Below, one piece after another: positions 22,680-36,479 of a stretch of DNA of 64,000 nt; within the stretch, counting starts at the first letter, position 1; every line of letters begins with the position of its first letter. Where the stretch lies: positions 18,596,546 through 18,660,545 of the forward strand of contig NC_052158.1 of NCBI RefSeq assembly GCF_902713615.1. Reading direction: 5' to 3'. Made by a program: the position numbers and the translations under genes. The notes beneath the pieces were generated by a model. The model was not told where the DNA came from, did no database searches, and worked only from the letters and a program-made list of their open reading frames with translations. Source of the stretch: Scyliorhinus canicula. Taxonomy: Eukaryota.

Positions 22680-24100
22680 TCCAGATCTGATCCTTTGACC
22701 AAAGCAACCTCACATTTATCCAATTCATGTCCTGTCCACTTACTCAGTCTGTCCACATCCTCTTCTTGTTGCTTTACACCTTCCTCACAATTTATATTCC
22801 CACCTAGCTTTGTATGATCGGCAAACGTGAAAAATATTACATTTGGTCCCCATATCCAAATCATTTATATATATATTGTGAACAGCTGGGCCCAAGTACT
22901 GATCCTTGCAGTACCTCACTATCCACAACCTGCCAACTTGAGAATGATCCAATTATTCCTACTCTCTGTTTTCTGTGTGTTAGCCAATCCTCATCTCATG
23001 ACAATATGTTGCCTCCTATCCCATGTGTTTTTAATTTGCAAATTAACCTCCCGTGGGGAACTTTATCAAAAGTCTTCTGAAAGTCCAAATATACTTTGAC
23101 TCCCCTTTATCAATGTTAGTAACATCTTCAAAAAACTCAAACAAATTCATCAAACATGATTTCCCATGCATTAAACCATGTTAACTGCCTAATCAGATCA
23201 TGATTGTCCAAGTGTCTATCACATCCTTTTTAATAGATTCTGGCATTTTCCCCACCACTGAGGTAAGGCTAACAGGTCTGTGGTTCCCTGTTTTCTCTCT
23301 TCCTCCCTGCTTAAATACTGGGGTGACACTTGCTACCTTCCAATCGTCAGGAACTATTCCAGAGTTTATAGAATTTTGAAAGATAATCACCAATACAGCC
23401 ATAATCTCTTTAGCAACCTCTTTCAACACTCTGGGGTGTAGAATATCAGGTCCCAGGACCTGCTCAACTTTCAGTCCCATTACTTTCTGTAATGCAACTT
23501 TCTTACTTATGCTAATTTCCTTCAACTCCGCATTTTACCCAGTCCCTTAGATATCTACATCTGGGAGACGTCGATATCATCGTCAGTGAAAACAGACACA
23601 AAGTAATCATTGAACTTCTTTGCCATTTCTCTATTCCCCATTATGAATTTGCTTGAATGCCGGTAATGATCCCACATTTGGCTTTGCCAGAAGTTTCCTT
23701 TTTATATACCTATTGAAACTTTTGCAGTCCATTTTTATGTATTTTTCTGGATAGCATTCATATTCTATTCTCCCTTTATTTATCAGCTTCTTGGCCTTCT
23801 TTTGCTGCATTCTAAAAACATCCCAATCCTCAGGCTTATTACTATTTCTAGCAACTTCATCGCCTTTTTCTTTTAATCTTGTACAAAGCGTAACTTCCTT
23901 TGTCAGCCACGGTTGACTGGCTTTTTGGTGTTTTTGTACCTTGAAGGAATGTATAGGTGCTGTACAGCATGTAATAGTTCTTTGAAGAGTATCCATTGCC
24001 TATGCACAGACATACCTCTTAATTTTTATCCCAATCCACCTCTGCCAATTTGTTCCTCATGCCGGCATAATTTATTTTACTGAACTTTAACACCCTGGCT
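22680..24100 (-). mobile_element. Degenerate CR1 LINE ORF2
   Basis: GPDILHPRVLKE...DWKVASVTPVFKQGGREKTGNHRPVSLTSVVGK; FADHTKLGG. Confidence 0.88.
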
Positions 24101-24316
24101 TTGGGGGTGGGGGGGGCGACACGGTGGTGCAAAGGTTAGCGCTGCTGTTTTGGGCACAATCCTGGCCCTGGGTCACTGTTTGTGAGAGTTTGCACATTCT
24201 CCCCGTGTCTGTGTGCAGGGCAGGTTGATTGACCATGCTAAATTGCCCCTTAATTGGAAAAAAAATTCAAACACCCTGCCTTCACATTGAACTTCCTCAC
24301 TTTCAAACATTCTCAG

Positions 24317-24645
24317 CGCAGCACGGTAGCACAAGTGGATAGCACTGTGGCTTTACAGTACCAGGGTCCCAGGTTCGATTCCCCGCTGGGTCACTGTCTG
24401 TGCTGAGTCTGCACATTCTCCCCGTGTCTGCGTGGGTTTCCTCCGGATGCTCTGGTTTCCTCCCACAGTCCAAAGATGTGCAGGATAGGTGGATTGGCCA
24501 TGCTAAATTGCCCTTAGTGACCAAAAAAGGATAGGAGGGGTTATTGAGTTATGGGGATAGGGTGGAAGTGAGGGCTTAAGTGGGTCGGTGCAGACTCGAT
24601 GGGCCAAATGGCCTCATTCTGCACTGTATATTCTATGTTCTATAA
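24317..24645 (+). mobile_element. HE1-like V-SINE
   Basis: Same consensus as the other copies. Confidence 0.87.
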
Positions 24646-24814
24646 TGTAAAATTCTATGATCTTGGGGTCACTCATCCCTAAGAGTTCTTTTACAGCTAG
24701 ATTATTAATTAGCACTCTTCAAGACATAAGACTAGATCGAGAATAGCCTCTCCTCTAATGGGCTCCTTAACATACTGCTCTAAAAATCCATCTCTAGCAC
24801 ACTCAAAAAACCCC

Positions 24815-25180
24815 TCAGCATTAATGGTGGATAGCACCATTAGTGGATAGCACAGTCACTTCACAGCTCCAGGGCCCCAGGTTCGATTCCGGCTTGGGTC
24901 ACTGTGTGTGTGGAGTCTGCACATCCTCCCCGTGTGTGCGTGGGTTTCCTCCGGGTGCTCCGGTTTCCTCCCACAGTCCAAAGATGTGCAGGTTAGGTGG
25001 ATTGGCCATGATAAATTGCCCTTAGTGTCCAAAATTGCCCTTAGTGTTGTGTGGCGTTACTGGGTTATGGGGATAGGGTGGAGGTGTTAACCTTGGGTAG
25101 GGTGCCCTTTCCAGGAGCCGGTGCAGACTCGATGGGCCGAATGGCCTCCTTCTGCACTGTAAATTCTATGTAATTCTATG
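24815..25180 (+). mobile_element. HE1-like V-SINE, same subfamily as 18495
   Basis: Near-identical to 18495-18852. Confidence 0.87.
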
Positions 25181-26208
25181 TAATTAATGCTCACTTGGTT
25201 TAACCAGTCAATGAAATCACCCACGATCACAATATTGCCAAATTACATGCTTCTCCCGTCTCCTGAGTAATACTATGCCCACATTATCATTACTATTCGA
25301 TGGCCTGTAAAAAAAAACTCCAGCCAATGCTGCTGCCCTTTGCTGTTTCTTCAATAATTTAATATTATGAGAAAGTATGCAAATTGGTGGATATAAAACG
25401 AGTAGAAAAGATTTCTATGAGAAAAGCCAAAATTCAACTTCTACTCAATACAAATACCAAACTTAATAGGAAATTTGGATCATCAAACCTGAAAATAATA
25501 TTACCTTGATCCCTGAGAGTGAGACTCGTTCGGGTTAAGATGGATATCAAGTGGAGGTGACCGCAAACAACTCTCTTCAACCAGCAGCGAATAATTCAAA
25601 TTACGTGGAGATATTTACCCCAGAAATGAACAGCCAGAGAAAACGCTGATAAGTATCCGGGGAAGTGTCACATAAGAGGCCCCAGCCTCTGATTCTGAGG
25701 TTTGTACAGGGGACATTCTTGGGAGGTCCCGTGGGAAGTTTAAACTTCCCGGGCAATTACTGCATGTGCATGTGTCAGAATTTCCGAAGGAACTCGGGTA
25801 CAAAAGTGGTGAATGTCTCCACATTCCCCAATGTCGGCATCAGGAAATTTGGCCGGTAGTGTATTCAGACAAAGAGGCCACTTTTCATGTTTCACTCAAT
25901 CTTCTGCCGAGCTTATGTTGGTGGGATGGGAGACACCAGAACAACCTCACTCTCTGAAGTCTTCAAATCGCAGCTTGGAAATAGGCTTCAGAGTCTCAAG
26001 CATCGCTTTCAGATAACAGGAAATAAATTGGGGGTTGGCCAATTCAGAAATTGAGATGAATGTTGCTCTGTGTTGTGACTCCACCTCATCCTGTTTCCCG
26101 GACAAGAGTTTGGATTGACATCACTGGTGATTCTTCTACATTGACAGGGTCTGAACATTCCCTCTCACCAAACTCAACTGGAGAGAGTTCAACAGAATCT
26201 GTCATAAA

Positions 26209-26284
26209 ATGTCATTGAAAAGAAATGGGACTTCAAGAGTGTGTGCTGTTTACCTTTTCACTTGCAATCTATTTGCTCTGACTG
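26209..26284 (+). CDS. Receptor exon 1 (signal peptide MSLKRNGTSRVCAVYLFTCNLFALT)
   Basis: ATG in aaaATG context; donor G|GTAAGC at 26285; phase 1 matches exon 2. Confidence 0.75.
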
Positions 26285-27008
26285 GTAAGCGTTACTATTC
26301 CTGTACAAAATGTAAACTTTTCCATTTGCTCGGATTGTGAAAGAGTTGGAGGGATTGTCTGGGATAAGACATCAGGGTATAATTTTGAGGAAAACTATAG
26401 TATTATTATTATTTAACGAAATATATTTACAGGCATTAAGTGGCGAAACTTATTTTTTGTTTTAATGTTAATGTAATTAACATTAATTTTAGTTTCGAAA
26501 AACATTGAATAAAAATCGCAAGGCGATGGAGAAAGCGCGGGAAAGTGGGTCTAATGGGAAACTTTCTTTCAAGCAACCGGCGCTTGGACACATTGAGCCG
26601 AATGACAATTTGCTGAAGTAAAACTGGTCAAAATAATTCCCGCCGGCTGGTTCACACATTTAATCCTGGTTTTTACATCTTCCCAGTTGGTGTGTAGATG
26701 TGATGAAATGGTTCAGAAATGTTTTTTTGAGTTAGTTCTTCCAGAAGTAGGAAATGTTGCTGTGGAAGGTTCTGGACTGTTGCTGATGTTCGAGTCCGCT
26801 CCAGTTACAGTAAATTGTGGAGCACAATGATCCCAACATTGTTCCCAATGGATCTCAAACCAGCATCATGTGGTGTGGGGAAATTGAAGATACAGGAGAT
26901 GTTTATTTCAATTACACACAGTTATTCGCTTTAGCTTAAATAGTGTTTATATTTATTATTCCGATGTTGTTACCTTTATATTAAAACAATGATTATCTCC
27001 ACCTTTAG

Positions 27009-27374
27009 CCGCTGTAACACTGAGGGTGAACCAGGACAGTGTGAATGGAACCGTTGGTCAGTCTGTGCTCCTATCCGCCTCTTACACAGTCTCAAACTCA
27101 AGCGATTACCTCCGGATTAGATGGATGAAAGCTGGGACTAGAATTGTGGAATATAAATGTGGAAGGACAACAGACAACATCACTAATTGCGGTCACGTCC
27201 TGGATGTTCCTGATCATTCCAAACATCGAGTTGATTTTTTCCCAGAAAATGCCTCATTGTTGCTGAAAGATTTACAATTTAATGACAGCGGGATTTATGA
27301 ATTAACCATTGCCTACTCAGGGGGAACAGAAAAGGCCTCGATAATGTTAACAGTCCAGCCCAACACCGGAATGG
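27009..27374 (+). CDS. Receptor exon 2: Ig V-set domain of CD2/CEACAM/HEPACAM type (no canonical B-F disulfide)
   Basis: Acceptor tctccacctttag|cc and donor G|GTAGGT; motifs GTVGQSVLLSA, IRW, RVDFFPENASLLLKDLQFNDSGIYELTI; phase 1-1. Confidence 0.93.
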
Positions 27375-27899
27375 GTAGGTACATTCCCAGTGTGTCAATT
27401 AGTTTTGCTCAATTATTGAGGCATTTTTAAAAATCACAATCTAGTAAATTATACAAACCAGTGCCCACTGGAGTCGAAATTGAGTAACTAATTTATTTCG
27501 GAGCAGTGTGAGGCTTTTTTGAATTCTATTTTCTACAATTCCGGTGTAAAGTCATTAGGTGTAACGCATATTAGAAAATGTTCATGCCGCTTATCGCTTC
27601 ATATACTTCATTGCAGTGGATGGAAAACTGAAAGGGTGAATCCTGTATCTAATCCTATTCAGGAAATTATATCCCCTTCAGGTCATTTCACTAAATTAAA
27701 GTCAGTATTAAATCCAGCAGAATGTTCGAATACAGGAGACCCATTGTGCCTGTCCAGACTATCTGACAGGGATATCAAATTAGTTCACCTTCTCTGTCCT
27801 TACCGCTATCCAAATGTTTCCACCAATTATCTGTTCAATTCCATTTTGAAATTTATTCTTTATTTGTTTCCATCGGCGTTCAATCAATGCATTCAAAAA

Positions 27900-28500
27900 T
27901 CATAACATCTGGTTGAGATTTGTATTTCTTTCATGTCTCCTCTGTGGCTACTTCCAGTTGCCCGAAATCGGTGTCGCCTGGTCACCAACCTACTGCCACT
28001 GAAAATACTCCTGATTAATCCATCATGAATTTGAACGCATCTCTTAAAATTCTCTGTGTTAAGGAGAACCACGCCATCGCTCTAATCTTTCCACATCATA
28101 TTATATCCCCAGTAAATCCCCTCCCTGTCGAAGGTTTAACATCCTTCCTAAAGTGTGGTGCCCAGAACTGGGCACAAAACTCCAGCCCAGACCATGCAGA
28201 GTTTCATAAAGATTTAGCATATCTTCCGTGCTCTTGAAATCTATGCCTCTCGGTATAACGCGGAGGATCTTGTGTTTAACAGTCTTTTCAACTGTCCTTT
28301 CATCTTCAAAGATTGTGTTCAGCACCCCATTCAGAACGATGCAATTGATTTATATTTACTTTCTTTATTTGTCCGATCACCGTGGATCACTTGGCATTTA
28401 TCTATGTTAAATATGATCTATGTTCATGTGCAGTCTGTTACCATTTTCCTCATTCTTGGTATACACACGTGCTGCTCATTCATCGAAAATGTGATCTACT
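27900..28500 (-). mobile_element. Old CR1 LINE fragment
   Basis: GIDFKS...LYETL...WAPHFRKDV on the minus strand. Confidence 0.65.
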
Positions 28501-29079
28501 GTCCACTGTTATAGCGTGCTTATTGACCATTTACGTTTAATTGAAAGACAAAAGGGCAAACTTACACACTAGTAAAACTTAAAATACCTCTTCACACAAG
28601 ATTAATGCTTTACAGAAAAGTTCTGTAAATATGCTGCCTTTAAACAAACTCGGCAAGTATATGGGAACCAAGAGGAAATATTAGAGAGGATTGCCAGGGT
28701 GCACAAGTTACTGGGAGGGCCAGGTAGCACTGGCATAGGGAAGAGTAAATTGATAGGTGAAGGAAGAGTAAGGGAGATTCCGTGTGGAGTTTGCACATTC
28801 TCCCGGTGTCTGCGTGGGTCTCACCCCCACAACCCAAAGATGTGCAGGGTAGGTGGATTGGCCATGCTACAAAGCCCCTTAATTGGATTTTTTTCCCAAA
28901 CAGAGTAAGGGAGACAGTAATGACATCAAAATCAGGGTTACTGTGCATTTATATGAATGTGCCAGTATAGAAAATTACACGGGAATTTACTCATGGAGGC
29001 AGAAGGCATGGTTTCAGAATTAAATACTTTCCATCTGTCTTTACCAAGAAGGTAAATGTTACCCAGGACATGGTGACAC

Positions 29080-30860
29080 ACCGAGGAAATTCTGTCTGTA
29101 GAAGTGTTCAAAATTGATAAGGAGGAAGTGTTAAATAGACTATTGGTAGTTATAGTTGACAAGGCATCAGGACCAGATGAGATGCATCCAAAGCTATCGA
29201 AGGAATTTAGAATGGAAATTTCCAGGACCTTGGTCATAATCCTCCAGTCTTCTCTCAACTCAGGGTATGCATCAGGGGACTGGAGAATTACAAACATTAT
29301 AACTTTGTTCAAAAAATGTTGTAAGGGTAGCCCCCGCAATTACACATCAGTCAGTTTAACGTCAGTTGTGGGCAAGCTTCTAGAAACAATTATTCATAAT
29401 AGAATTAGTAAGTCACATGGAAAAAATATAGTTTGATTAGGAAGAGCCAGCCAGGATTTCTAAAGTGGAATCGCCTTTAACAAACTTGCTGGAGTTTTTT
29501 GAGCGGTAATAGAGAAGGTCAACGAGGGTAATTCTCTTGATGTGGTGTACACGGTCTTTTAAAAGGCATTCGATACACATTGCCACACCGCAGACTTGTG
29601 AAAAAGGTCATGGATTAAAGGGACAGTAACAACATGGATACAAAATTGGCTGAATAATAGGAAGCAGAGAGTAACGGTCAATGGATAGTCTTTGTGCTGG
29701 AGGAATGTGGTGTTCCCCATTGATCGGTATTGGGGCCCTTGATAAATAATAATGATCTAGGTCTTGGTTATAGGGGATGATTTAAATGCTGGTGGATGAA
29801 GCAAAACTTGGAAGTATTCTAAACTGTGATAAGGACAGTGTAGAACTTCAAAAATACACAGATAAGTTAGTGGAGTAGGCAGATAGGTGGCGGATGAAGT
29901 TCAATGTGAATAAGTGTGAAGTGATGCATTTTGGAAGAATGAACATGGAAAGACAATATAAAATAAAGGGTAAAATTATTAAGGGGTATGAGTATGGGAA
30001 CCTAGGTGTATATGTGTTTTTTTTTGTTCATGGTAAGTGGGTGTCACTGGCTAGGTCAGCATTTATTGCCCCCTCCCTGAGGGCATTTAAGAGTCAACCA
30101 CATTGCTGTGGGTCTGGAGTCACATGTAGGCCAGACCAGGGTAAGGACAGCAGATTTCCTTCCATAAAGGACATTAGTGAACCAGATGGGTTGTTATGAC
30201 AATCGGCAATGGTTTTATGGTCACCTTTAGACTTTTGATTCCAGATATTTATTGAATTCATATTTCACCATCTGCCATGGCGGGATTTGAACCCGGGTCC
30301 CCAGAGCATGGGGAGAACCTAGGTGTATATGTGTATCAATCATTGAAGGTGGCAAGACAGACGGAGAGAGCAGTTAATAAAGCATATAGTATTCTGGGCT
30401 TTATTAATAGGGGCATAGAGGACAACAGCAAGGAGGTTATGCTGAACGTATATAAGAGTTAGACTTCAGCTGAAGTATTGTGTACAGCTCTGGGTGCTAC
30501 ACTATGGGAAGGTGTGAACACATTGTAGAGAGTACAAAAGTTTTACAAGAATGGTTCCAGGGATGAGAAACTTCAGTCATGCGGATAGATGGGGAGAGGT
30601 TGGGCCTGGTCTCCTGGGAGAGGAGAAGGCTGAGAGGAGATTTGATAGAGATGTTCAAAATCATGCGGGGGCTGGACAGGGTATCTGGGGAGAAACTGTT
30701 CCAGCTCATAAAAGGGTCAAGGACGAGAGGGCACAGCTTTAAAGTGATTTGCCAAAGTAGCAATTGTGCCGTGAGAAATAAAATATTTTCACTCAGCAAG
30801 TGGTTGGAGTCGAGAATGCAGCTGCCTGGAAGTGTGATGAAGGCAGGGTCAATGGAAGCA
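29080..30860 (+). mobile_element. Degenerate CR1 LINE ORF2 with a nested short insertion
   Basis: KASGPDEMHPK...NYTSVSLTSVVGK; MKFNVNKCEVMHFG; RRRLRGDLIEMFKIM. Confidence 0.85.
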
Positions 30861-31222
30861 TTTGAGAGAGTATTAGATGATTACCTGAATAGGAACAATG
30901 TACGGGGAAAAGGCAGGAGATTGGCACTGAGTCATAATGCCCATTTGAGAGAGCCTCTGCAGACACAATGGGATGAATAACCTCCTTCTGCATCGTAACA
31001 ATTCTGTGATGTGTGAGAAACAAAATACTGACCTCAGACTAGCTGAGCTTTTCCAGCGTCCTCTGTTCCTGTGATATGTGATAATGTGTAGAGGAATGCC
31101 ATAGGAATGGATTAACCATGACAGGGTTACCTTAATGATTTCCATTACAAATGCTGACACAGATTGATCATGTACAAACTGACAGAAAGTTTATATAGTC
31201 CTAAATTCCAAAGTAACCAAGA

Positions 31223-31577
31223 TGGGGGCAGCACAGTAGCATGGTGGTTAGCATAAATGCTTCACAGCTCCAGGGTCCCAGGTTCGATTCCCGGCTGGGT
31301 CACTGTCTGTGTGGAGTCTGCACGTCCTCCCCGTGTGTGCATGGGTTTCCTCCGGGTGCTCCGGTTTCCTCCCACAGTCCAAAGATGTGCAGGTTAGGTG
31401 GATTGGCCATGCTAAATTGCCCGTAGTGTCCTAATAGTAAGGTTAAGGGGGGGGTTGTTGGGTTACGGGTATAGGGTGGATATGTGGGTTTGAGTAGGAT
31501 GATCATTGCTCGGCACAACATCGAGGGCCGAAGGGCCTGTTCTGTGCTGTACTGTTCTATGTTCTATGTTCTATGAC
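31223..31577 (+). mobile_element. HE1-like V-SINE
   Basis: Full consensus with (ttctatg)n tail. Confidence 0.88.
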
Positions 31578-31764
31578 TGATGTTCTCCATATAATGCCAA
31601 ATTGATTGTTATGCTTCCGTTTGTTGTTTAACCGATAACCTTCCACTGTATTCCAGCTAATTCCATCATTGTAAATGGATCTAAGATTAGTAGAACTGCA
31701 TTTATAGTGCAACCTCCAAAGGTGTTCATACAATCTATGCAATGAGTTCAGATGAGTTAGAGTA

Positions 31765-32078
31765 GAATAGAATCACTGCTGTGCAGAAGGAGGCCATTCA
31801 GCCCATCGAGTCTGCACCAAACCATTCCCACCCAATCACTGCAACCCCACAACCTAACCTTCACATCCCTGGATAGTAAGGGGCAATTTAGCATGGCCAA
31901 TCCACCTACCCCGTATATCTTTGGACTGTGGGAGGAAACCGGAGCATCCGGAGGAAACCCTCGCAGTCACAGGGAGAACATGCAAACTCCACACAGACAG
32001 TGACCCAAGGTCGGATTTGAACCCAGGTCCCTGGCGCTGTGTGACAGCAGTGCAAACCACTGTGCTACTGTGCCACCC
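31765..32078 (-). mobile_element. HE1-like V-SINE
   Basis: Reverse complement of the consensus. Confidence 0.85.
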
Positions 32079-32370
32079 GAGTTGATTTTAACTTTCAAAC
32101 ATGTCTACAGTGCCGGTATTGCTATAGATGACCCCTATATAAAACCCGCTTGAAAACCCGCGTGAAAACATGTTAATTCAATCTTTAAAACAGAGCAGGT
32201 TGCAAACTAAAGCAAACGAAAACAAATCCCTGTCTTTATTCGCAATAGTGTAAATGAATAATTAGAAACCTTTTCTTCAGTTGTGATGATGGCCTGAAAT
32301 GTAGAAATCGAATGGAAGTAGTAATTTAGCTCAAGTTTCAATTCCCAAAATCTGAAGCTTCCTTTACTAG

Positions 32371-32544
32371 ATGACTTTGCAGTAGTAACAATGAGCAGTG
32401 GTCGAATGGCAATCAAACGACTAAAACCTTACATGTTGCACAATACAGGCAAAGACCGAACATGGGTACTTCCAGTCATCATTCTACTCACTGGCCTTGC
32501 TGTTAATTTTACCGTCTTGTTGCTGATTGTGAAAGTACTAAGAG
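32371..32544 (+). CDS. Receptor exon 3: stalk plus transmembrane helix (WVLPVIILLTGLAVNFTVLLLIVKVLR)
   Basis: Acceptor cttcctttactag|at and donor G|GTAAGC; phase 1-1, in frame with exon 2. Confidence 0.88.
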
Positions 32545-32631
32545 GTAAGCAGCAACAATGTGACTCACTGCAGGTAACATGCAGATAAACTCTGTATTTG
32601 TTTGTACTTTCTAAGTATATACATAACTCTA

Positions 32632-32858
32632 AGGGCAGCACGGTGGTGCAGTGGGTTAGCCTTGCAGCCTCACAGCGCCAAGGTCCCAGGTTCGATCCTG
32701 GCTCTGGGTTACTGTCCGTGTGGAGTTTGCACATTCTCCCTGCGTTTGCGTGGGTCTCACCGCCACAACCCAAAGATATGCAGGGTAGGTGGATTGGCCA
32801 CGCTAAATTGCCCCTTAATTAGAAAAAATGAATTGGGAACTCAAAATTTATTTTAAAA
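32632..32858 (+). mobile_element. Short V-SINE subfamily with an A/T-rich end; similar copies at 19415-19637, 38783-39010, 44538-44950, 49190-49410, 59030-59248 and 59440-59670
   Basis: V core followed by aattgccccttaattgg(a)n..gggtactctaaatt. Confidence 0.83.
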
Positions 32859-33715
32859 ACAATAAATAACGTTGAACAGTAATCTAAAATGCCCCTCAAT
32901 GAGAATGGATGAAGGAATATTGCTGCATTCAAACTTTTATTCATGGGTCTAATCACATGAAAGTAATATCAATCTTCATCAGCTATTCATTCTTATTATA
33001 TTGTTCATATTACTTCCAGATTTTGTTTGTTGTTCATCCGATCTATTGTGCCACACAATGAGAAAAAGTCAAAATTAAATCCATCAATAAATGTAGATAG
33101 AATATAGTGTAAGTTGAGTGATTCTAGTGTAGAGAAAGGAACCTGGGAACAGGAGGAGATCATTCAGCCACACAAACCTGTTTCACTATTCATTTCAGTT
33201 GTGACTGATGTGGATTGTTACTCAATCCTGGTTCCATTTCTCTTCATAGTGTTATTTCACAAAACTCTCTTCCATTTCAGCATTGACAGTTTGAATTTAA
33301 ATGCAGCCTCAGCAGAATCTTGTGGAAGAGCAATGCTGAATTCATCCTTGAATGGCCAAGTTCAGATTGTGACGTGAGGATTCTTTGTCCTGGACTTTGC
33401 CACCAGAAGAAATAATAATTTCTCTCTCGCTTACCCTTTCACATTTTTAAAAACATCTTAAGGAACTCAACGAAGGAACTTAATCCCCAGACTCAAGGAA
33501 ATACTGACCTAATCCCTGGAAACTGTCCTGGTAATTCCATAGAAATCAAAGAATCAAGTCTGGAGAGGAAGATTCCAACTTGTTATCTCACTGGTGAAAA
33601 ACTGACTTTTGACATCATGCCAAATTTTTTACCCCGTCAGCCACGATTGCAACCACAGGTGGGACAGGAAAATACTATCTGATATCTTCAGCCCTATTAC
33701 TCCTGTCTTCCATAG

Positions 33716-34045
33716 ATCATAGAATTTAGATCACAGAATTTACAGTGCAGATGGAGGCCATTTGGCCCATCGAGTCTGCACCGGCTCTTGGAAAGAGCAC
33801 CCTCCCCAAGGTCAACACCTCCACCCTATCCCCATAACCCAGTAACCCCACCCAACCCTGAGGGCCACTTTGGACTAAGGGCCAATCCACCTAACCTGCA
33901 CATCTTTGGACTGTGGGAGGAAACCGGAGCACCCAGAGGAAAACTATGTGGACATGGGAGAATGCACAAACGCCACACAGACCAAACCCGGGTCCCTGGC
34001 GCTATGAGGCAGCAGTGCAAACCACTGTGCCACCGTTCTGCCCCA
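33716..34045 (-). mobile_element. HE1-like V-SINE
   Basis: Reverse complement of the consensus. Confidence 0.83.
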
Positions 34046-34452
34046 TTTATCGCATTCAGCCACGGTAGGCTGCGCCCTTCCAAGGCCAACATATCCTTCA
34101 TGTGATGTTGTGTCCAGAACTGAATGAATGCTGCAAATCAGGTTCAAGCAGGGTTTTCTGCGTCTGTAGCATAACTGTGCATTCCAGCCTGCTTGTGGAG
34201 AGAAAACAATATTTTGTTAACCTTAATATTTTTCTTCGTGCCCACTATCGTTCAGGAATTTCTGCACATGGACTCCAAGATCTCTTGAGTTCCAAGCCTC
34301 TCGTCATTTACAAAATACTCTGGCTGGAATTTTCTCGTTTCTTTGCAGGGTGGCACAGCGGACAGGAAAGAGAGGGTGGAAGCTGCCACCCCCAATGATG
34401 GCTTCCTCCGCTGTCATTTTAGGAAGTTAGTGAAAAAAAAGCCAAGGGTCGG

Positions 34453-34737
34453 AGTGGTGAATGTAATTCACACTGTATTGTATTGTATTGTATGGTATTG
34501 TGTCCTTGTGGGCTCTGTCTGTGAGCCGTTGCGCGGCTCTGCCCATGGGGGGAGATGAGGAGCTTGTACAGGGCTCCACCCTCAGCTCCGCCCATGGCTT
34601 CGCCCAATGAAGTATAAAGTGCTGCAGCCGTGTGAGCCTGCCCTCAGTTCTTCCGGTCGCAGGCAGGCTCAGTTGCAAGAGTATTAAAACCACAGTTTAC
34701 TTCCAATCGTGTTCCGAGTGAATTGATGGTCACATCA
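34453..34737 (+). mobile_element. Solo LTR with a 5-bp TSD
   Basis: TSD GTCGG at 34448-34452 and 34738-34742; ends gaattgatggtcacatCA; the start (a)GTGGTGAATGTA resembles the 58582 LTR; internal TATAAA and ATTAAA. Confidence 0.78.
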
Positions 34738-35984
34738 GTCGGGTCCCACGACATCAGGCTGACAGGGTGGGTTCACCAGGTGCACTCTGTGGGAGATCGG
34801 TCCTGATTCACCCCTACCCCCACGTGAATGGACACTCTAACGGTGGACTATCAGGAGCAAAGGCCGGATAATTATATTTAAATATATTCTAACAGGGATT
34901 TCGCCGTTAAACATCTGCTTCTAGTCAGGTCCTGGGGTGAGTGGGTGTGTGGGGCAGAGATGGGGACAATCGGTCGGGGAAATGCCACCGGTGTAACCTT
35001 TGGGAATCCCGAGGGATTTCCCGCTCCTGCCGCCGATCCCACCCCTAATATGGAAGCAGAAAATGTCCCCCTTTTGTTTATCTTTCCCACTCCTCAATCG
35101 ACATTGGGTGATCTTCTCACAGACCGACATTGGTGATTTTCTCAGCCAAGAGGACAATTTCTGAATTATGATTTTTTTGCAGGCCTATAATTTCTGATAC
35201 CAGAGGCAGAAAACATTGGGGTCTAAATATTTACCAACCATTAGCTTAGTTATTTTCCCCATCACCTTTTGGGTTTATGGTACACAGAGTAATCTCCCCT
35301 TTAGTTTATCTTTTGAAGTTCTTGGTGCTTCCTCTACTTTGAAGGCAGATGGAAATTAAATATTTAGCATGTCTGCAATTTCCTGACTTGGAATTAAAGA
35401 ACTATCTCTTTGACTAATAAAATTACCAGAGAATTGAATTAGAAGCTTTTGTTCCGGCCTTGACACCATGCAGGAGGCACAGGTCCCAAACTAACCCGGA
35501 CAGTCTGTTAATCTTCTACTTTAATCTAAACTCACTGAGGTCTTTCAGCAAAAAGGTTATTTTCAGAACAGAAAACAGGTTGTGAGAGAACAGAAACTAA
35601 TCTTACCTCGCAATGCTTAACCCTGTAGAAAGTGCATTGTGTACAGATGTGTTTGATCTGCATTACTGTCGCTTAAACCATTACAACCTGTGATATTTAA
35701 CCAGTCAGATAAATAGCTTGTTCAAATGAATCAGAATGTTCAAACGTGTAACTTCACCTCCGGATTCCTCCGGTGGGTTCTCCACACCCGCGGGTTTCCC
35801 GGCAATGTGAGGTGACCACAATGGGAAATTCCATTGGCAGGACGGCGGGAACGGAAAATCCCACTGCCCAGGAAGCGCGGCTGGCGGAGGGGAGAATCCC
35901 AATTATTTAACATGGAAATATTATGTTGCATATTCCAAGAGCAGTGATCCTGGAGACAGATTAACAAGGGTTTTCTCCTTTTAG

Positions 35985-36040
35985 GTTGGAAGCGAACACA
36001 GGAACCAACAGGAAAGAGGAATGGTCCCGAGGATAGTCGG
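35985..36040 (+). CDS. Receptor exon 4 (56 nt, membrane-proximal cytoplasmic GWKRTQEPTGKRNGPEDSR)
   Basis: Acceptor ttttctccttttag|gt and donor CGG|GTAAGT; phase 1-0. Confidence 0.85.
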
Positions 36041-36479
36041 GTAAGTGGAATACTTTATCGCAAAGTAAACAGATTCTTTTACCTGACTGGCTGCTTCAGG
36101 GGCCTTGAAATGACTCCCATTCCTGTTGTGGTTGAAGCTGCTAATTTCCATTGTATTCACGATCTGTATAGAAGTAAATGTCAGACAGTCTGAGAGGTGG
36201 TGGGGAGGTGGTCTTCATGGAGAACTGACCTGGATTCTGGCCAACCTGCTCCTGCCACAAGTACAGAAATAATCCCCACCACGTTTGCACACAGTCAAGA
36301 TCATTACAACTGAATCGAAATAACATTCAGATCAGCCTGTGGCTCATTGATAGAAACGTTGTTTATCACTTGACTTTTTATACTGTCAATGTGCAGCACA
36401 GAAAGAGTCAATTGGGGACAATTAATCTGTGCTGAAGACCACAGGTTTGTGTATACCCCACAGGGAGTCTGGCCCCAAT

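Noticed and set aside
27375-32370. A C2-set Ig exon between the V and TM exons
   Set aside because: None found by eye; the interval is mostly CR1 and SINE. A diverged exon cannot be excluded without RNA data.
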